Below are positions 38,101-53,100 of a DNA stretch of 64,000 nt, one piece after another; within the stretch, counting starts at the first letter, position 1, and each line of letters starts with the position of its first letter. Position numbers and translations under genes: made by a program. The stretch is from Eledone cirrhosa. Taxonomy: Eukaryota. Where the stretch lies: the NCBI GenBank assembly GCA_964016885.1, contig OZ024744.1, forward strand, positions 46,934,001 through 46,998,000. The letters run 5' to 3'. Under the pieces are notes generated by a model. The model was not told where the DNA came from. It saw only the letters and a list, made by a program, of their open reading frames with translations, and searched no databases.

Positions 38101-41100
38101 AGTGTGGGCTGGGTGCTTGTTGCTGTGTCTATCTCACGTCCACTTTACAATGTGGGCTGGGTGCTTTTTGCTGTGTCTTTCACATGTCCACTTTACAGTG
38201 TCGGCTGGGTGCTTTTTTCAGTGTCTTTCACACGTCCACTTTACAGTGTGGGCTGGGTGCTTTTTGCTGTGTCTTTCACATGTCCACTTTACAGTGTGGG
38301 CTGGGTGCTTTTTGCTGTGTCTTTCACATGTCCACTTCACAGTGTGGGCTGGGTGCTTTTTGCTGTGTCTTTCACATGTCCACTTTACAATGTGGGCTGG
38401 GTGCTTTTTGCTGTGTCTTTCACATGTCCACTTTACAATGTTGGCTGGGTGCTTTTTGCTGTGTCTTTCACATGTCCACTTTACAGTGTGGGCTGGGCGC
38501 TTTTTGCAGTGTCTTTCACATGTCCATTTACAGTGTGGGCTGGGTGCTTTTTGCTGTGTCTTTCACATGTCCACTTTACAGTATGGGCTGGGTGCTTTTT
38601 GCTGTGTCTTTCACATGTCCACTTTACAATGTGCGCCGGGTGCTTTTTGCTGTGTCTTTCACATGTCCACATTACAGTGTTGGCTGGGTGCTTGTTGCTG
38701 TGTCTTTCTCACGTCCACTTTACAGTGTGGGCTGGGTGCTTTTTGCTTTGTCTTTCACACGTCAACTTTACAGTGTGGGCTGTGTGCTTTTTGCAGTGTC
38801 TTTCACACGTCAATTTTACAGTGTGGGCTGGGTGCTTTTTGCTGTGTCTTTCACACGTTTACTTTACAGTGTGGGCCGGGTGTTTTTGCTGTGTCTTTCA
38901 CATATCCACTTTACAGTGTGGGCTGTGTGCTTTTTGCAGTGTCTTTCACACGTCCACTTTACAGTGTGGGCTGGGTGATTTTTGCTGTGTCTTTCACATA
39001 TCCACTTTACAGTGTGGGCTGGGTGCTCTTTGCTGTGTCTTTCACACGTCCACTTTACAGTGTGGGCTGGGTGCTTTTTGCTGTGTCTTTCAAACGTCCA
39101 CTTTACAGTGTGGGCTGGGTGCTTTTTGCTGTGTCTTTCACATGTCCACTTTACAGTGTGGGCTGGGTGCTTTTTGCTGTGTCTTTCACATGTCCACTTT
39201 ACAGTGTGGGCTGGGTGCTTGTTGCTGTGTCTTTCTCACGTCCACTCTACAGTGTGGGCTGGGTGCTTTTTGCTGTGTCTTTCACATGTCCACTTTACAG
39301 TGTGGGCTGGGTGCTTTTTTCAGTGTCTTTCACACGTCCACTTTACAGTGTGGGATGGGTGCTTGTTGCTGTGTCTTTCTCACGTCCACTTTACAGTGTG
39401 GGCTGGGTGCTTTTTGCTGTGTCTTTCACATGTCCACTTTACAGTGTGGGCTGGATGCTTTTTTCAGTGTCTTTCACACGTCCACTTTACAGTTTGGGCT
39501 GGGTGCTTTTTGCTGTGTCTTTCACATGTCCACTTTACAGTGTGGGCTGGGTGCTTTTTGCTGTGTCTTTCACATGTCCACTTTACAATGTGGGCTGAGT
39601 GCTTTTTGCTGTGTCTTTCACATGTCCACTTTACAATGTGGGCTGGGTGCTTTTTGCTGTGTCATTCACATGTCCACTTACAGTGTGGGCTGGGCGCTTT
39701 TTGCAGTGTCTTTCACACGTCCACTTTACAGTGTGGGCTGGGTGCTTCTTGCTGTGTCTTTCACATGTCCACTTTACAGTGTGGGCTGGGTGCTTTTTGC
39801 TGTGTCTTTCACATGTCCACTTTACAGTGTGGGCTGGGTGCTTTTAGCTGTGTCTTTCACATGTCCGCTTCACAGTGTGGGCTGGGTGCTTTTTGCTGTG
39901 TCTTTCACATGTCCACTTTACAGTGTGGGCTGGGTGCTTTTTGCTGTGTCTTTCACATGTCCACTTTACAGTGTGGGCTGGGTGCTTTTTGCTGTGTCTT
40001 TCACATGTCCACTTTACAGTGTGGGCTGGGTGCTTGTTGCTGTGTCTATCTCACGTCCACTTTACAATGTGGGCTGGGTGCTTTTTGCTGTGTCTTTCAC
40101 ATGTCCACTTTACAGTGTCGGCTGGGTGCTTTTTTCAGTGTCTTTCACACGTCCACTTTACAGTGTGGGCTGGGTGCTTTTTGCTGTGTCTTTCACATGT
40201 CCACTTTACAGTGTGGGCTGGGTGCTTTTTGCTGTGTCTTTCACATGTCCACTTTACAGTGTGGGCTGGGTGCTTTTTGCTGTGTCTTTCACATGTCCAC
40301 TTTACAATGTGCGCCGGGTGCTTTTTGCTGTGTCTTTCACATGTCCACTTTACAGTGTTGGCTGGGTGCTTGTTGCTGTGTCTTTCACACGTCCACTTTA
40401 CAGTGTGGGCTGGGTGCTTTTTGCTGTGTCTTTCACATGTCCACTTTACAGTGTGGGCTGGATGCTTTTTTCAGTGTCTTTCACACGTCCACTTTACAGT
40501 GTGGGCTGGGTGCTTTTTGCTGTGTCTTTCACATGTCCACTTTACAGTGTGGGCTGGGTGCTTTTTGCTGTGTCTTTCACATGTCCACTTTACAATGTGG
40601 GCTGAGTGCTTTTTGCTGTGTCTTTCACATGTCCACTTTACAATGTGGGCTGGGTGCTTTTTGCTGTGTCATTCACATGTCCACTTACAGTGTGGGCTGG
40701 GCGCTTTTTGCAGTGTCTTTCACACGTCAACTTTACAGTGTGGGCTGGGTGCTTTTTACTGTGTCTTTCACATGTCCACTTTACAGTGTGGGCTGGGTGC
40801 TTTTTGCTGTGTCTTTCACATGTCCACTTTACAGTGTGGGCTGGGTGCTTTTTGCTGTGTCTTTCACATGTCCACTTTACAGTGTGGGCTGGGTGCTTTT
40901 TGCAGTGTCTTTCATACGTCCACTTTACAGTGTGGGCTGGGTGCTTTTTGCTGTGTCTTTCACACGTCCACTTTACAGTGTGGGCTGGGTGCTTCTTGCT
41001 GTGTCTTTCACATGTCCACTTTACAGTGTGGGCTGGGTGCTTTTTGCTGTGTCTTTCACATGTCCACTTTACAGTGTGGGCTGGGTGCTTTTAGCTGTGT

Positions 41101-44100
41101 CTTACACATGTCCGCTTCACAGTGTGGGCTGGGTGCTTTTTGCTGTGTCTTTCACATGTCCACTTTACAGTGTGGGCTGGGTGCTTTTTGCTGTGTCTTT
41201 CACATGTCCACTTTACAGTGTGGGCTGGGTGCTTTTTGCTGTGTCTTTCACATGTCCACTTTACAGTGTGGGCTGGGTGCTTCTTGCTGTGTCTATCTCA
41301 CGTCCACTTTACAATGTGGGCTGGGTGCTTTTTGCTGTGTCTTTCAGATGTCCACTTTACAGTGTGGGCTGGGTGCTTTTTTCAGTGTCTTTCACACGTC
41401 CACTTTACAGTGTGGGCTGGGTGCCTTTTGCTGTGTCTTTCACATGTCCACATTACAGTGATGGCTGGGTGCTTGTTGCTGTGTCTTTCTCACGTCCACT
41501 TTACAGTGTGGGCTGGGTGCTTTTTGCTTTGTCTTTCACACGTCAACTTTACAGTGTGGGCTGTGTGCTTTTTGCAGTGTCTTTCACACGTCAATTTTAC
41601 AGTGTGGGCTGGGTGCTTTTTGCTGTGTCTTTCACACGTTTACTTTACAGTGTGGGCCGGGTGTTTTTGCTGTGTCTTTCACATATCCACTTTACAGTGT
41701 GGGCTGTGTGCTTTTTGCAGTGTCTTTCACACGTCCACTTTACAGTGTGGGCTGGGTGATTTTTGCTGTGTCTTTCACATATCCACTTTACAGTGTGGGC
41801 TGGGTGCTCTTTGCTGTGTCTTTCACACGTCCACTTTACAGTGTGGGCTGGGTGCTTTTTGCTGTGTCTTTCAAACGTCCACTTTACAGTGTGGGCTGGG
41901 TGCTTTTTGCTGTGTCTTTCACATGTCCACTTTACAGTGTGGGCTGGGTGCTTTTTGCTGTGTCTTTCACATGTCCACTTTACAGTGTGGGCTGGGTGCT
42001 TGTTGCTGTGTCTTTCTCACGTCCACTCTACAGTGTGGGCTGGGTGCTTTTTGCTGTGTCTTTCACATGTCCACTTTACAGTGTGGGCTGGGTGCTTTTT
42101 TCAGTGTCTTTCACACGTCCACTTTACAGTGTGGGATGGGTGCTTGTTGCTGTGTCTTTCTCACGTCCACTTTACAGTGTGGGCTGGGTGCTTTTTGCTG
42201 TGTCTTTCACATGTCCACTTTACAGTGTGGGCTGGATGCTTTTTTCAGTGTCTTTCACACGTCCACTTTACAGTGTGGGCTGGGTGCTTTTTGCTGTGTC
42301 TTTCACATGTCCACTTTACAGTGTGGGCTGGGTGCTTTTTGCTGTGTCTTTCACATGTCCACTTTACAATGTGGGCTGAGTGCTTTTTGCTGTGTCTTTC
42401 ACATGTCCACTTTACAATGTGGGCTGGGTGCTTTTTGCTGTGTCATTCACATGTCCACTTACAGTGTGGGCTGGGCGCTTTTTGCAGTGTCTTTCACACG
42501 TCCACTTTACAGTGTGGGCTGGGTGCTTCTTGCTGTGTCTTTCACATGTCCACTTTACAGTGTGGGCTGGGTGCTTTTTGCTGTGTCTTTCACATGTCCA
42601 CTTTACAGTGTGGGCTGGGTGCTTTTAGCTGTGTCTTTCACATGTCCGCTTCACAGTGTGGGCTGGGTGCTTTTTGCTGTGTCTTTCACATGTCCACTTT
42701 ACAGTGTGGGCTGGGTGCTTTTTGCTGTGTCTTTCACATGTCCACTTTACAGTGTGGGCTGGGTGCTTTTTGCTGTGTCTTTCACATGTCCACTTTACAG
42801 TGTGGGCTGGGTGCTTGTTGCTGTGTCTATCTCACGTCCACTTTACAATGTGGGCTGGGTGCTTTTTGCTGTGTCTTTCACATGTCCACTTTACAGTGTC
42901 GGCTGGGTGCTTTTTTCAGTGTCTTTCACACGTCCACTTTACAGTGTGGGCTGGGTGCTTTTTGCTGTGTCTTTCACATGTCCACTTTACAGTGTGGGCT
43001 GGGTGCTTTTTGCTGTGTCTTTCACATGTCCACTTTACAGTGTGGGCTGGGTGCTTTTTGCTGTGTCTTTCACATGTCCACTTTACAATGTGCGCCGGGT
43101 GCTTTTTGCTGTGTCTTTCACATGTCCACTTTACAGTGTTGGCTGGGTGCTTGTTGCTGTGTCTTTCACACGTCCACTTTACAGTGTGGGCTGGGTGCTT
43201 TTTGCTGTGTCTTTCACATGTCCACTTTACAGTGTGGGCTGGATGCTTTTTTCAGTGTCTTTCACACGTCCACTTTACAGTGTGGGCTGGGTGCTTTTTG
43301 CTGTGTCTTTCACATGTCCACTTTACAGTGTGGGCTGGGTGCTTTTTGCTGTGTCTTTCACATGTCCACTTTACAATGTGGGCTGAGTGCTTTTTGCTGT
43401 GTCTTTCACATGTCCACTTTACAATGTGGGCTGGGTGCTTTTTGCTGTGTCATTCACATGTCCACTTACAGTGTGGGCTGGGCGCTTTTTGCAGTGTCTT
43501 TCACACGTCAACTTTACAGTGTGGGCTGGGTGCTTTTTACTGTGTCTTTCACATGTCCACTTTACAGTGTGGGCTGGGTGCTTTTTGCTGTGTCTTTCAC
43601 ATGTCCACTTTACAGTGTGGGCTGGGTGCTTTTTGCTGTGTCTTTCACATGTCCACTTTACAGTGTGGGCTGGGTGCTTTTTGCAGTGTCTTTCATACGT
43701 CCACTTTACAGTGTGGGCTGGGTGCTTTTTGCTGTGTCTTTCACACGTCCACTTTACAGTGTGGGCTGGGTGCTTCTTGCTGTGTCTTTCACATGTCCAC
43801 TTTACAGTGTGGGCTGGGTGCTTTTTGCTGTGTCTTTCACATGTCCACTTTACAGTGTGGGCTGGGTGCTTTTAGCTGTGTCTTACACATGTCCGCTTCA
43901 CAGTGTGGGCTGGGTGCTTTTTGCTGTGTCTTTCACATGTCCACTTTACAGTGTGGGCTGGGTGCTTTTTGCTGTGTCTTTCACATGTCCACTTTACAGT
44001 GTGGGCTGGGTGCTTTTTGCTGTGTCTTTCACATGTCCACTTTACAGTGTGGGCTGGGTGCTTCTTGCTGTGTCTATCTCACGTCCACTTTACAATGTGG

Positions 44101-47100
44101 GCTGGGTGCTTTTTGCTGTGTCTTTCAGATGTCCACTTTACAGTGTGGGCTGGGTGCTTTTTTCAGTGTCTTTCACACGTCCACTTTACAGTGTGGGCTG
44201 GGTGCCTTTTGCTGTGTCTTTCACATGTCCACTTTACAGTGTGGGCTGGGTGCTTTTTGCTGTGTCTTTCACATGTCCACTTCACAGTGTGGGCTGGGTG
44301 CTTTTTGCTGTGTCTTTCACATGTCCACTTTACGATGTGGGCTGGGTGCTTTTTGCTGTGTCTTTCACATGTCCACTTTACAATGTTGGCTGGGTGCTTT
44401 TTGCTGTGTCTTTCACATGTACACTTTACAGTGTGGGCTGGGCGCTTTTTGCAGTGTCTTTCACACGTCAACTTTACAGTGTGGGCTGGGTGCTTTTTAC
44501 TGTGTCTTTCACATGTCCATTTACAGTGTGGGCTGGGTGCTTTTTGCTGTGTCTTTCACATGTCCACTTTACAGTGTGGGCTGGGTGCTTTTTGCTGTGT
44601 CTTTCACATGTCCACTTTACAATGTGCGCCGGGTGCTTTTTGCTTTGTCTTTCACATGTCCACTTTACAGTGTTGGCTGTGTGCTTGTTGCTGTGTCTTT
44701 CTCACGTCCACTTTACAGTGTGGGCTGGGTGCTTTTTGCTGTGTCTTTCACATGTCCACTTTACAGTGTGGGCTGGGTGCTTTTTGCTGTGTCTTTCACA
44801 TGTCCACTTTACAATGTGGGCTGAGTGCTTTTTGCTGTGTCTTTCACATGTCCACTTTACAATGTGGGCTGGGTGCTTTTTGCTGTGTCATTCACATGTC
44901 CACTTACAGTGTGGGCTGGGCGATTTTTGCAGTGTCTTTCACACGTCAACTTTACAGTGTGGGCTGGGTGCTTTTTACTGTGTCTTTCACATGTCCACTT
45001 TACAGTGTGGGCTGGGTGCTTTTTGCTGTGTCTTTCACATGTCCACTTTACAGTGTGGGCTGGGTGCTTTTTGCTGTGTCTTTCACATGTCCACTTTACA
45101 GTGTGGGCTGGGTGCTTTTTGCAGTGTCTTTCATACGTCCACTTTACAGTGTGGGCTGGGTGCTTTTTGCTGTGTCTTTCACACGTCCACTTTACAGTGT
45201 GGGCTGGGTGCTTCTTGCTGTGTCTTTCACATGTCCACTTTACAGTGTGGGCTGGGTGCTTTTTGCTGTGTCTTTCACATGTCCACTTTACAGTGTGGGC
45301 TGGCTGCTTTTAGCTGTGTCTTTCACATGTCCGCTTCACAGTGTGGGCTGGGTGCTTTTTGCTGTGTCTTTCACATGTCCACTTTACAGTGTGGGCTGGG
45401 TGCTTTTTGCTGTGTCTTTCACATGTCCACTTTACAGTGTGGGCTGGGTGCTTTTTGCTGTGTCTTTCACATGTCCACTTTACAGTGTGGGCTGGGTGCT
45501 TGTTGCTGTGTCTATCTCACGTCCACTTTACAATGTGGGCTGGGTGCTTTTTGCTGTGTCTTTCACATGTCCACTTTACAGTGTCGGCTGGGTGCTTTTT
45601 TCAGTGTCTTTCACACGTCCACTTTACAGTGTGGGCTGGGTGCTTTTTGCTGTGTCTTTCACATGTCCACTTTACAGTGTGGGCTGGGTGCTTTTTGCTG
45701 TGTCTTTCACATGTCCACTTCACAGTGTGGGCTGGTTGCCTTTTACTGTGTCTTTCACATGTCCACTTTACAATGTGGGCTGGGTGCTTTTTGCTGTGTC
45801 TTTCACATGTCCACTTTACAATGTTGGCTGGGTGCTTTTTGCTGTGTCTTTCACATGTCCACTTTACAGTGTGGGCTGGGCGCTTTTTGCAGTGTCTTTC
45901 ACATGTCCATTTACAGTGTGGGCTGGGTGCTTTTTGCTGTGTCTTTCACATGTCCACATTACAGTATGGGCTGGGTGCTTTTTGCTGTGTCTTTCACATG
46001 TCCACTTTACAATGTGCGCCGGGTGCTTTTTGCTGTGTCTTTCACATGTCCACTTTACAGTGTTGGCTGGGTGCTTGTTGCTGTGTCTTTCTCACGTCCA
46101 CTTTACAGTGTGGGCTGGGTGCTTTTTGCTTTGTCTTTCACACGTCAACTTTACAGTGTGGGCTGTGTGCTTTTTGCAGTGTCTTTCACACGTCAATTTT
46201 ACAGTGTGGGCTGGGTGCTTTTTGCTGTGTCTTTCACACGTTTACTTTACAGTGTGGGCCGGGTGTTTTTGCTGTGTCTTTCACATATCCACTTTACAGT
46301 GTGGGCTGTGTGCTTTTTGCAGTGTCTTTCACACGTCCACTTTACAGTGTGGGCTGGGTGATTTTTGCTGTGTCTTTCACATATCCACTTTACAGTGTGG
46401 GCTGGGTGCTTTTTGCTGTGTCTTTCACACGTCCACTTTACAGTGTGGGCTGGGTGCTTTTTGCTGTGTCTTTCAAACGTCCACTTTACAGTGTGGGCTG
46501 GGTGCTTTTTGCTGTGTCTTTCACATGTCCACTTTACAGTGTGGGCTGGGTGCTTTTTGCTGTGTCTTTCACATGTCCACTTTACAGTGTGGGCTGGGTG
46601 CTTGTTGCTGTGTCTTTCTCACGTCCACTCTACAGTGTGGGCTGGGTGCTTTTTGCTGTGTCTTTCACATGTCCACTTTACAGTGTGGGCTGGGTGCTTT
46701 TTTCAGTGTCTTTCACACGTCCACTTTACAGTGTGGGATGGGTGCTTGTTGCTGTGTCTTTCTCACGTCCACTTTACAGTGTGGGCTGGGTGCTTTTAGC
46801 TGTGTCTTTCACATGTCCACTTTACAGTGTGGGCTGGATGCTTTTTTCAGTGTCTTTCACACGTCCACTTTACAGTGTGGGCTGGGTGCTTTTTGCTGTG
46901 TCTTTCACATGTCCACTTTACAGTGTGGGCTGGGTGCTTTTTGCTGTGTCTTTCACATGTCCACTTTACAATGTGGGCTGAGTGCTTTTTGCTGTGTCTT
47001 TCACATGTCCACTTTACAATGTGGGCTGGGTGCTTTTTGCTGTGTCATTCACATGTCCACTTACAGTGTGGGCTGGGCGCTTTTTGCAGTGTCTTTCACA

Positions 47101-50100
47101 CGTCAACTTTACAGTGTGGGCTGGGTGCTTTTTACTGTGTCTTTCACATGTCCACTTTACAGTGTGGGCTGGGTGCTTTTTGCTGTGTCTTTCACATGTC
47201 CACTTTACAGTGTGGGCTGGGTGCTTTTTGCTGTGTCTTTCACATGTCCACTTTACAGTGTGGGCTGGGTGCTTTTTGCAGTGTCTTTCATACGTCCACT
47301 TTACAGTGTGGGCTGGGTGCTTTTTGCTGTGTCTTTCACACGTCCACTTTACAGTGTGGGCTGGGTGCTTCTTGCTGTGTCTTTCACATGTCCACTTTAC
47401 AGTGTGGGCTGGGTGCTTTTTGCTGTGTCTTTCACATGTCCACTTTACAGTGTGGGCTGGGTGCTTTTAGCTGTGTCTTTCACATGTCCGCTTCACAGTG
47501 TGGGCTGGGTGCTTTTTGCTGTGTCTTTCACATGTCCACTTTACAGTGTGGGCTGGGTGCTTTTTGCTGTGTCTTTCACATGTCCACTTTACAGTGTGGG
47601 CTGGGTGCTTTTTGCTGTGTCTTTCACATGTCCACTTTACAATGTTGGCTGGGTGCTTTTTGCTGTGTCTTTCACATGTCCACTTTACAGTGTGGGCTGG
47701 GCGCTTTTTGCAGTGTCTTTCACATGTCCATTTACAGTGTGGGCTGGGTGCTTGTTGCTGTGTCTATCTCACGTCCACTTTACAATGTGGGCTGGGTGCT
47801 TTTTGCTGTGTCTTTCACATGTCCACTTTACAGTGTCGGCTGGGTGCTTTTTTCAGTGTCTTTCACGCGTCCACTTTACAGTGTGGGCTGGGTGCTTTTT
47901 GCTGTGTCTTTCACATGTCCACTTTACAGTGTGGGCTGGGTGCTTTTTGCTGTGTCTTTCACATGTCCACTTCACAGTGTGGGCTGGGTGCTTTTTGCTG
48001 TGTCTTTCACATGTCCACTTTACAATGTGGGCTGGGTGCTTTTTGCTGTGTCTTTCACATGTCCACTTTACAGTGTGGGCTGGGCGCTTTTTGCAGTGTC
48101 TTTCACATGTCCATTTACAGTTTGGGCTGGGTGCTTTTTGCTGTGTCTTTCACATGTCCACTTTACAGTGTGGGCTGGGTGCTTTTTGCTGTGTCTTTCA
48201 CATGTCCACTTTACAATGTGCGCCGGGTGCTTTTTGCTGTGTCTTTCACATGTCCACTTTACAGTGTTGGCTGGGTGCTTGTTGCTGTGTCTTTCACACG
48301 TCCACTTTACAGTGTGGGATGGGTGCTTGTTGCTGTGTCTTTCTCACGTCCACTTTACAGTGTGGGCTGTGTGCTTTTTGCTGTGTCTTTCACATGTCCA
48401 CTTTACAGTGTGGGCTGGATGCTTTTTTCAGTGTCTTTCACACGTCCACTTTACAGTGTGGGCTGGGTGCTTTTTGCTGTGTCTTTCACATGTCCACTTT
48501 ACAGTGTGGGCTGGGTGCTTTTTGCTGTGTCTTTCACATGTCCACTTTACAATGTGGGCTGAGTGCTTTTTGCTGTGTCTTTCACATGTCCACTTTACAA
48601 TGTGGGCTGGGTGCTTTTTGCTGTGTCATTCACATGTCCACTTACAGTGTGGGCTGGGCGCTTTTTGCAGTGTCTTTCACACGTCAACTTTACAGTGTGG
48701 GCTGGGTGCTTTTTACTGTGTCTTTCACATGTCCACTTTACAGTGTGGGCTGGGTGCTTTTTGCTGTGTCTTTCACATGTCCACTTTACAGTGTGGGCTG
48801 GGTGCTTTTTGCTGTGTCTTTCACATGTCCACTTTACAGTGTGGGCTGGGTGCTTTTTGCAGTGTCTTTCATACGTCCACTTTACAGTGTGGGCTGGGTG
48901 CTTTTTGCTGTGTCTTTCACACGTCCACTTTACAGTGTGGGCTGGGTGCTTCTTGCTGTGTCTTTCACATGTCCACTTTACAGTGTGGGCTGGGTGCTTT
49001 TTGCTGTGTCTTTCACATGTCCACTTTACAGTGTGGGCTGGGTGCTTTTAGCTGTGTCTTTCACATGTCCGCTTCACAGTGTGGGCTGGGTGCTTTTTGC
49101 TGTGTCTTTCACATGTCCACTTTACAGTGTGGGCTGGGTGCTTTTTGCTGTGTCTTTCACATGTCCACTTTACAGTGTGGGCTGGGTGCTTTTTGCTGTG
49201 TCTTTCACATGTCCACTTTACAGTGTGGGCTGGGTGCTTCTTGCTGTGTCTATCTCACGTCCACTTTACAATGTGGGCTGGGTGCTTTTTGCTGTGTCTT
49301 TCACATGTCCACTTTACAGTGTGGGCTGGGTGCTTTTTTCAGTGTCTTTCACACGTCCACTTTACAGTGTGGGCTGGGTGCCTTTTGCTGTGTCTTTCAC
49401 ATGTCCACTTTACAGTGTGGGCTGGGTGCTTTTTGCTGTGTCTTTCACATGTCCACTTCACAGTGTGGGCTGGGTGCTTTTTGCTGTGTCTTTCACATGT
49501 CCACTTTACGATGTGGGCTGGGTGCTTTTTGCTGTGTCTTTCACATGTCCACTTTACAATGTTGGCTGGGTGCTTTTTGCTGTGTCTTTCACATGTACAC
49601 TTTACAGTGTGGGCTGGGCGCTTTTTGCAGTGTCTTTCACACGTCAACTTTACAGTGTGGGCTGGGTGCTTTTTACTGTGTCTTTCACATGTCCATTTAC
49701 AGTGTGGGCTGGGTGCTTTTTGCTGTGTCTTTCACATGTCCACTTTACAGTGTGGGCTGGGTGCTTTTTGCTGTGTCTTTCACATGTCCACTTTACAATG
49801 TGCGCCGGGTGCTTTTTGCTGTGTCTTTCACATGTCCACTTTACAGTGTTGGCTGGGTGCTTGTTGCTGTGTCTTTCTCACGTCCACTTTACAGTGTGGG
49901 CTGGGTGCTTTTTGCTTTGTCTTTCACACGTCAACTTTACAGTGTGGGCTGTGTGCTTTTTGCAGTGTCTTTCACACGTCAATTTTACAGTGTGGGCTGG
50001 GTGCTTTTTGCTGTGTCTTTCACACGTTTACTTTACAGTGTGGGCCGGGTGTTTTTGCTGTGTCTTTCACATATCCACTTTACAGTGTGGGCTGTGTGCT

Positions 50101-53100
50101 TTTTGCAGTGTCTTTCACACGTCCACTTTACAGTGTGGGCTGGGTGATTTTTGCTGTGTCTTTCACATATCCACTTTACAGTGTGGGCTGGGTGCTTTTT
50201 GCTGTGTTTTTCACACGTCCACTTTACAGTGTGGGCTGGGTGCTTTTTGCTGTGTTTTTCAAACGTCCACTTTACAGTGTGGGCTGGGTGCTTTTTGCTG
50301 TGTCTTTCACACGTCCACTTTACAGTGTGGGCTGGGTGCTTTTTGCTGTGTTTTTCACATGTCCACTTTACAATGTGGGCTGGGTGCTTTTTGCTGTGTC
50401 TTTCACATGTCCACTTTACAGTGTGGGCTGGGTGCTTCTTGCAGTGTCTTTCACACGTCCACTCTACAGTGTGGGCTGGGTGCTTTTTGCTGTGTCTTTC
50501 ACATGTCCACTTTACAATGTGGGCTGGGTGCTTTTTGCTGTGTCTTTCACATGTCCACTTTACAATGTGGGCTGGGTGCTTTTTGCTGTGTCTTTCACAT
50601 GTCCACTTTACAGTGTGGGCTGGGTGCTTTTTGCTGTGTCTTTCACATGTCCACTTTACAGTGTGGGCTGGGTGCTTTTTGCTGTGTCTTACACATGTCC
50701 ACTTTACAGTGTGGGCTGGGTGCTTTTTGCTGTGTCTTTCACACGTCCACTTTACAGTGTGGGCTGGGTGCTTTTTGCTGTGTTTTTCACATGTCCACTT
50801 TACAATGTGGGCTGGGTGCTTTTTGCTGTGTCTTTCACATGTCCAATTTACAGTGTGGGCTGGGTGCTTCTTGCAGTGTCTTTCACACGTCCACTCTACA
50901 GTGTGGGCTGGGTGCTTTTTGCTTTGTCTTTCACATGTCCACTTTACAGTGTGGGCTGGGTGCTTTTTGCTGTGTCTTTCACATGTCCACTTTATAGTGT
51001 GGGCTGGGTGCTTTTTGCAGTGTCTTTCACACGTCCACTTTACAGTTTGAGCTGGGTGCTTTTTGCTGTGTCTTTCACATGTCCACTTTACAATGTGGGC
51101 TGGGTGCTTTTTGCTGTGTCTTTCACATGTCCACTTTACAGTGTGGGCTGGGCGCTTTTTGCAGTGTCTTTCACACGTCAACTTTACAGTGTGGGCTGGG
51201 TGCTTTTTACTGTGTCTTTCACATGTCCACTTTACAGTGTGGGCTGGGTGCTTTTTGCTGTGTCTTTCACATGTCCACTTTACAGTGTGGGCTGGGTGCT
51301 TTTTGCAGTGCCTTTCACACGTCCACTTTACAGTGTGGGCTGGGTGCTATTTGCTGTGTCTTTCACACGCCCACTTCACAGTGTGGGCTGGGTGCTTTTT
51401 GCTGTGTCTTTCACATGTCCACTTTACAATGTGGGCTGGGTGCTTTTTGCAGTCTCTTTCACATGTCAACTTTACAGTGTGGGCTGGGTGCTTATTGCAG
51501 TGTCTTTCACACGTCCACTCTACAGTGTGGGCTGGGTGCTTTTTGCTGTGTCTTTCACATGTCCACTTCACAGTGTGGGCTGGGTGCTTTTTGCTGTGTC
51601 TTTCACATGTCCACTTTATAGTGTGGGCTGGGTGCTTTTTGCAGTGTCTTTGACACGTCCACTTTACAGTTTGAGCTGGGTGCTTTTTGCTGTTTCTTTC
51701 ACATGTCCACTTTACAATGTGGGCTGGGTGCTTTTTGCTGTGTCTTTCACACGTCCACTTTACAGTGTGGGCTGGGTGCTTTTTGTTGTGTCTTTCACAC
51801 GTCCACTTTACAGTGTGGGCTGGGTGCTTTTTGCTGTGTTTTTCACATGTCCACTTTACAATGTGGGCTGGGTGCTTTTTGCTGTGTCTTTCACATGTCC
51901 ACTTTACAGTGTGGGCTGGGTGCTTCTTGCAGTGTCTTTCACACGTCCACTCTACAGTGTGGGCTGGGTGCTTTTTGCTGTGTCTTTCACATGTCCACTT
52001 TACAATGTGGGCTGGGTGCTTTTTGCTGTGTCTTTCACATGTCCACTTTACAATGAGGGCTGGGTGCTTTTTGCTGTGTCTTTCACATGTCCACTTTACA
52101 GTGTGGGCTGGGTGCTTTTTGCTGTGTCTTTCACATGTCCACTTTACAGTGTGGGCTGGGTGCTTTTTGCTGTGTCTTTCACACGTCCACTTTACAGTGT
52201 GGGCTGGGTGCTTTTTGCTGTGTTTTTCACATGTCCACTTTACAATGTGGGCTGGGTGCTTTTTGCTGTGTCTTTCACATGTCCACTTTACAGTGTGGGC
52301 TGGGTGCTTCTTGCAGTGTCTTTCACACGTCCACTCTACAGTGTGGGCTGGGTGCTTTTTGCTGTGTCTTTCACATGTCCACTTTACAGTGTGGGCTGGG
52401 TGCTTTTTGCTGTGTCTTTCACATGTCCACTTTATAGTGTGGGCTGGGTGCTTTTTGCAGTGTCTTTCACACGTCCACTTTACAGCTTGAGCTGGGTGCT
52501 TTTTGCTGTGTCTTTCACATGTCCACTTTACAATGTGGGCTGGGTGCTTTTTGCTGTGTCTTTCACATGTCCACTTTACAATGTGGGCTGGGTGCTTTTT
52601 GCTGTGTCTTTCACATGTCCACTTTACAGTGTGGGCTGGGCGCTTTTTGCAGTGTCTTTCACACGTCAACTTTACAGTGTGGGCTGGGTGCTTTTTACTG
52701 TGTCTTTCACATGTCCACTTTACAGTGTGGGCTGGGTGCTTTTTGCTGTGTCTTTCACATGTCCACTTTACAGTGTGGGCTGGGTGCTTTTTGCTGTGTC
52801 TTTCACATGTCCACTTTACAGTGTGGGCTGGGTGCTTTTTGCAGTGTCTTTCACACGTCCACTTTACAGTGTGGGCTGGGTGCTTTTTGCTGTGTCTTTC
52901 ACACGCCCACTTCACAGTGTGGGCTGGGTGCTTTTTGCTGTGTCTTTCACATGTCCACTTTACAATGTGGGCTGGGTGCTTTTTGCAGTCTCTTTCACAT
53001 GTCCACTTTACAGTGTGGGCTGGGTGCTTATTGCAGTGTCTTTCACACGTCCACTCTACAGTGTGGGCTGGGTGCTTTTTGCTGTGTCTTTCACATGTCC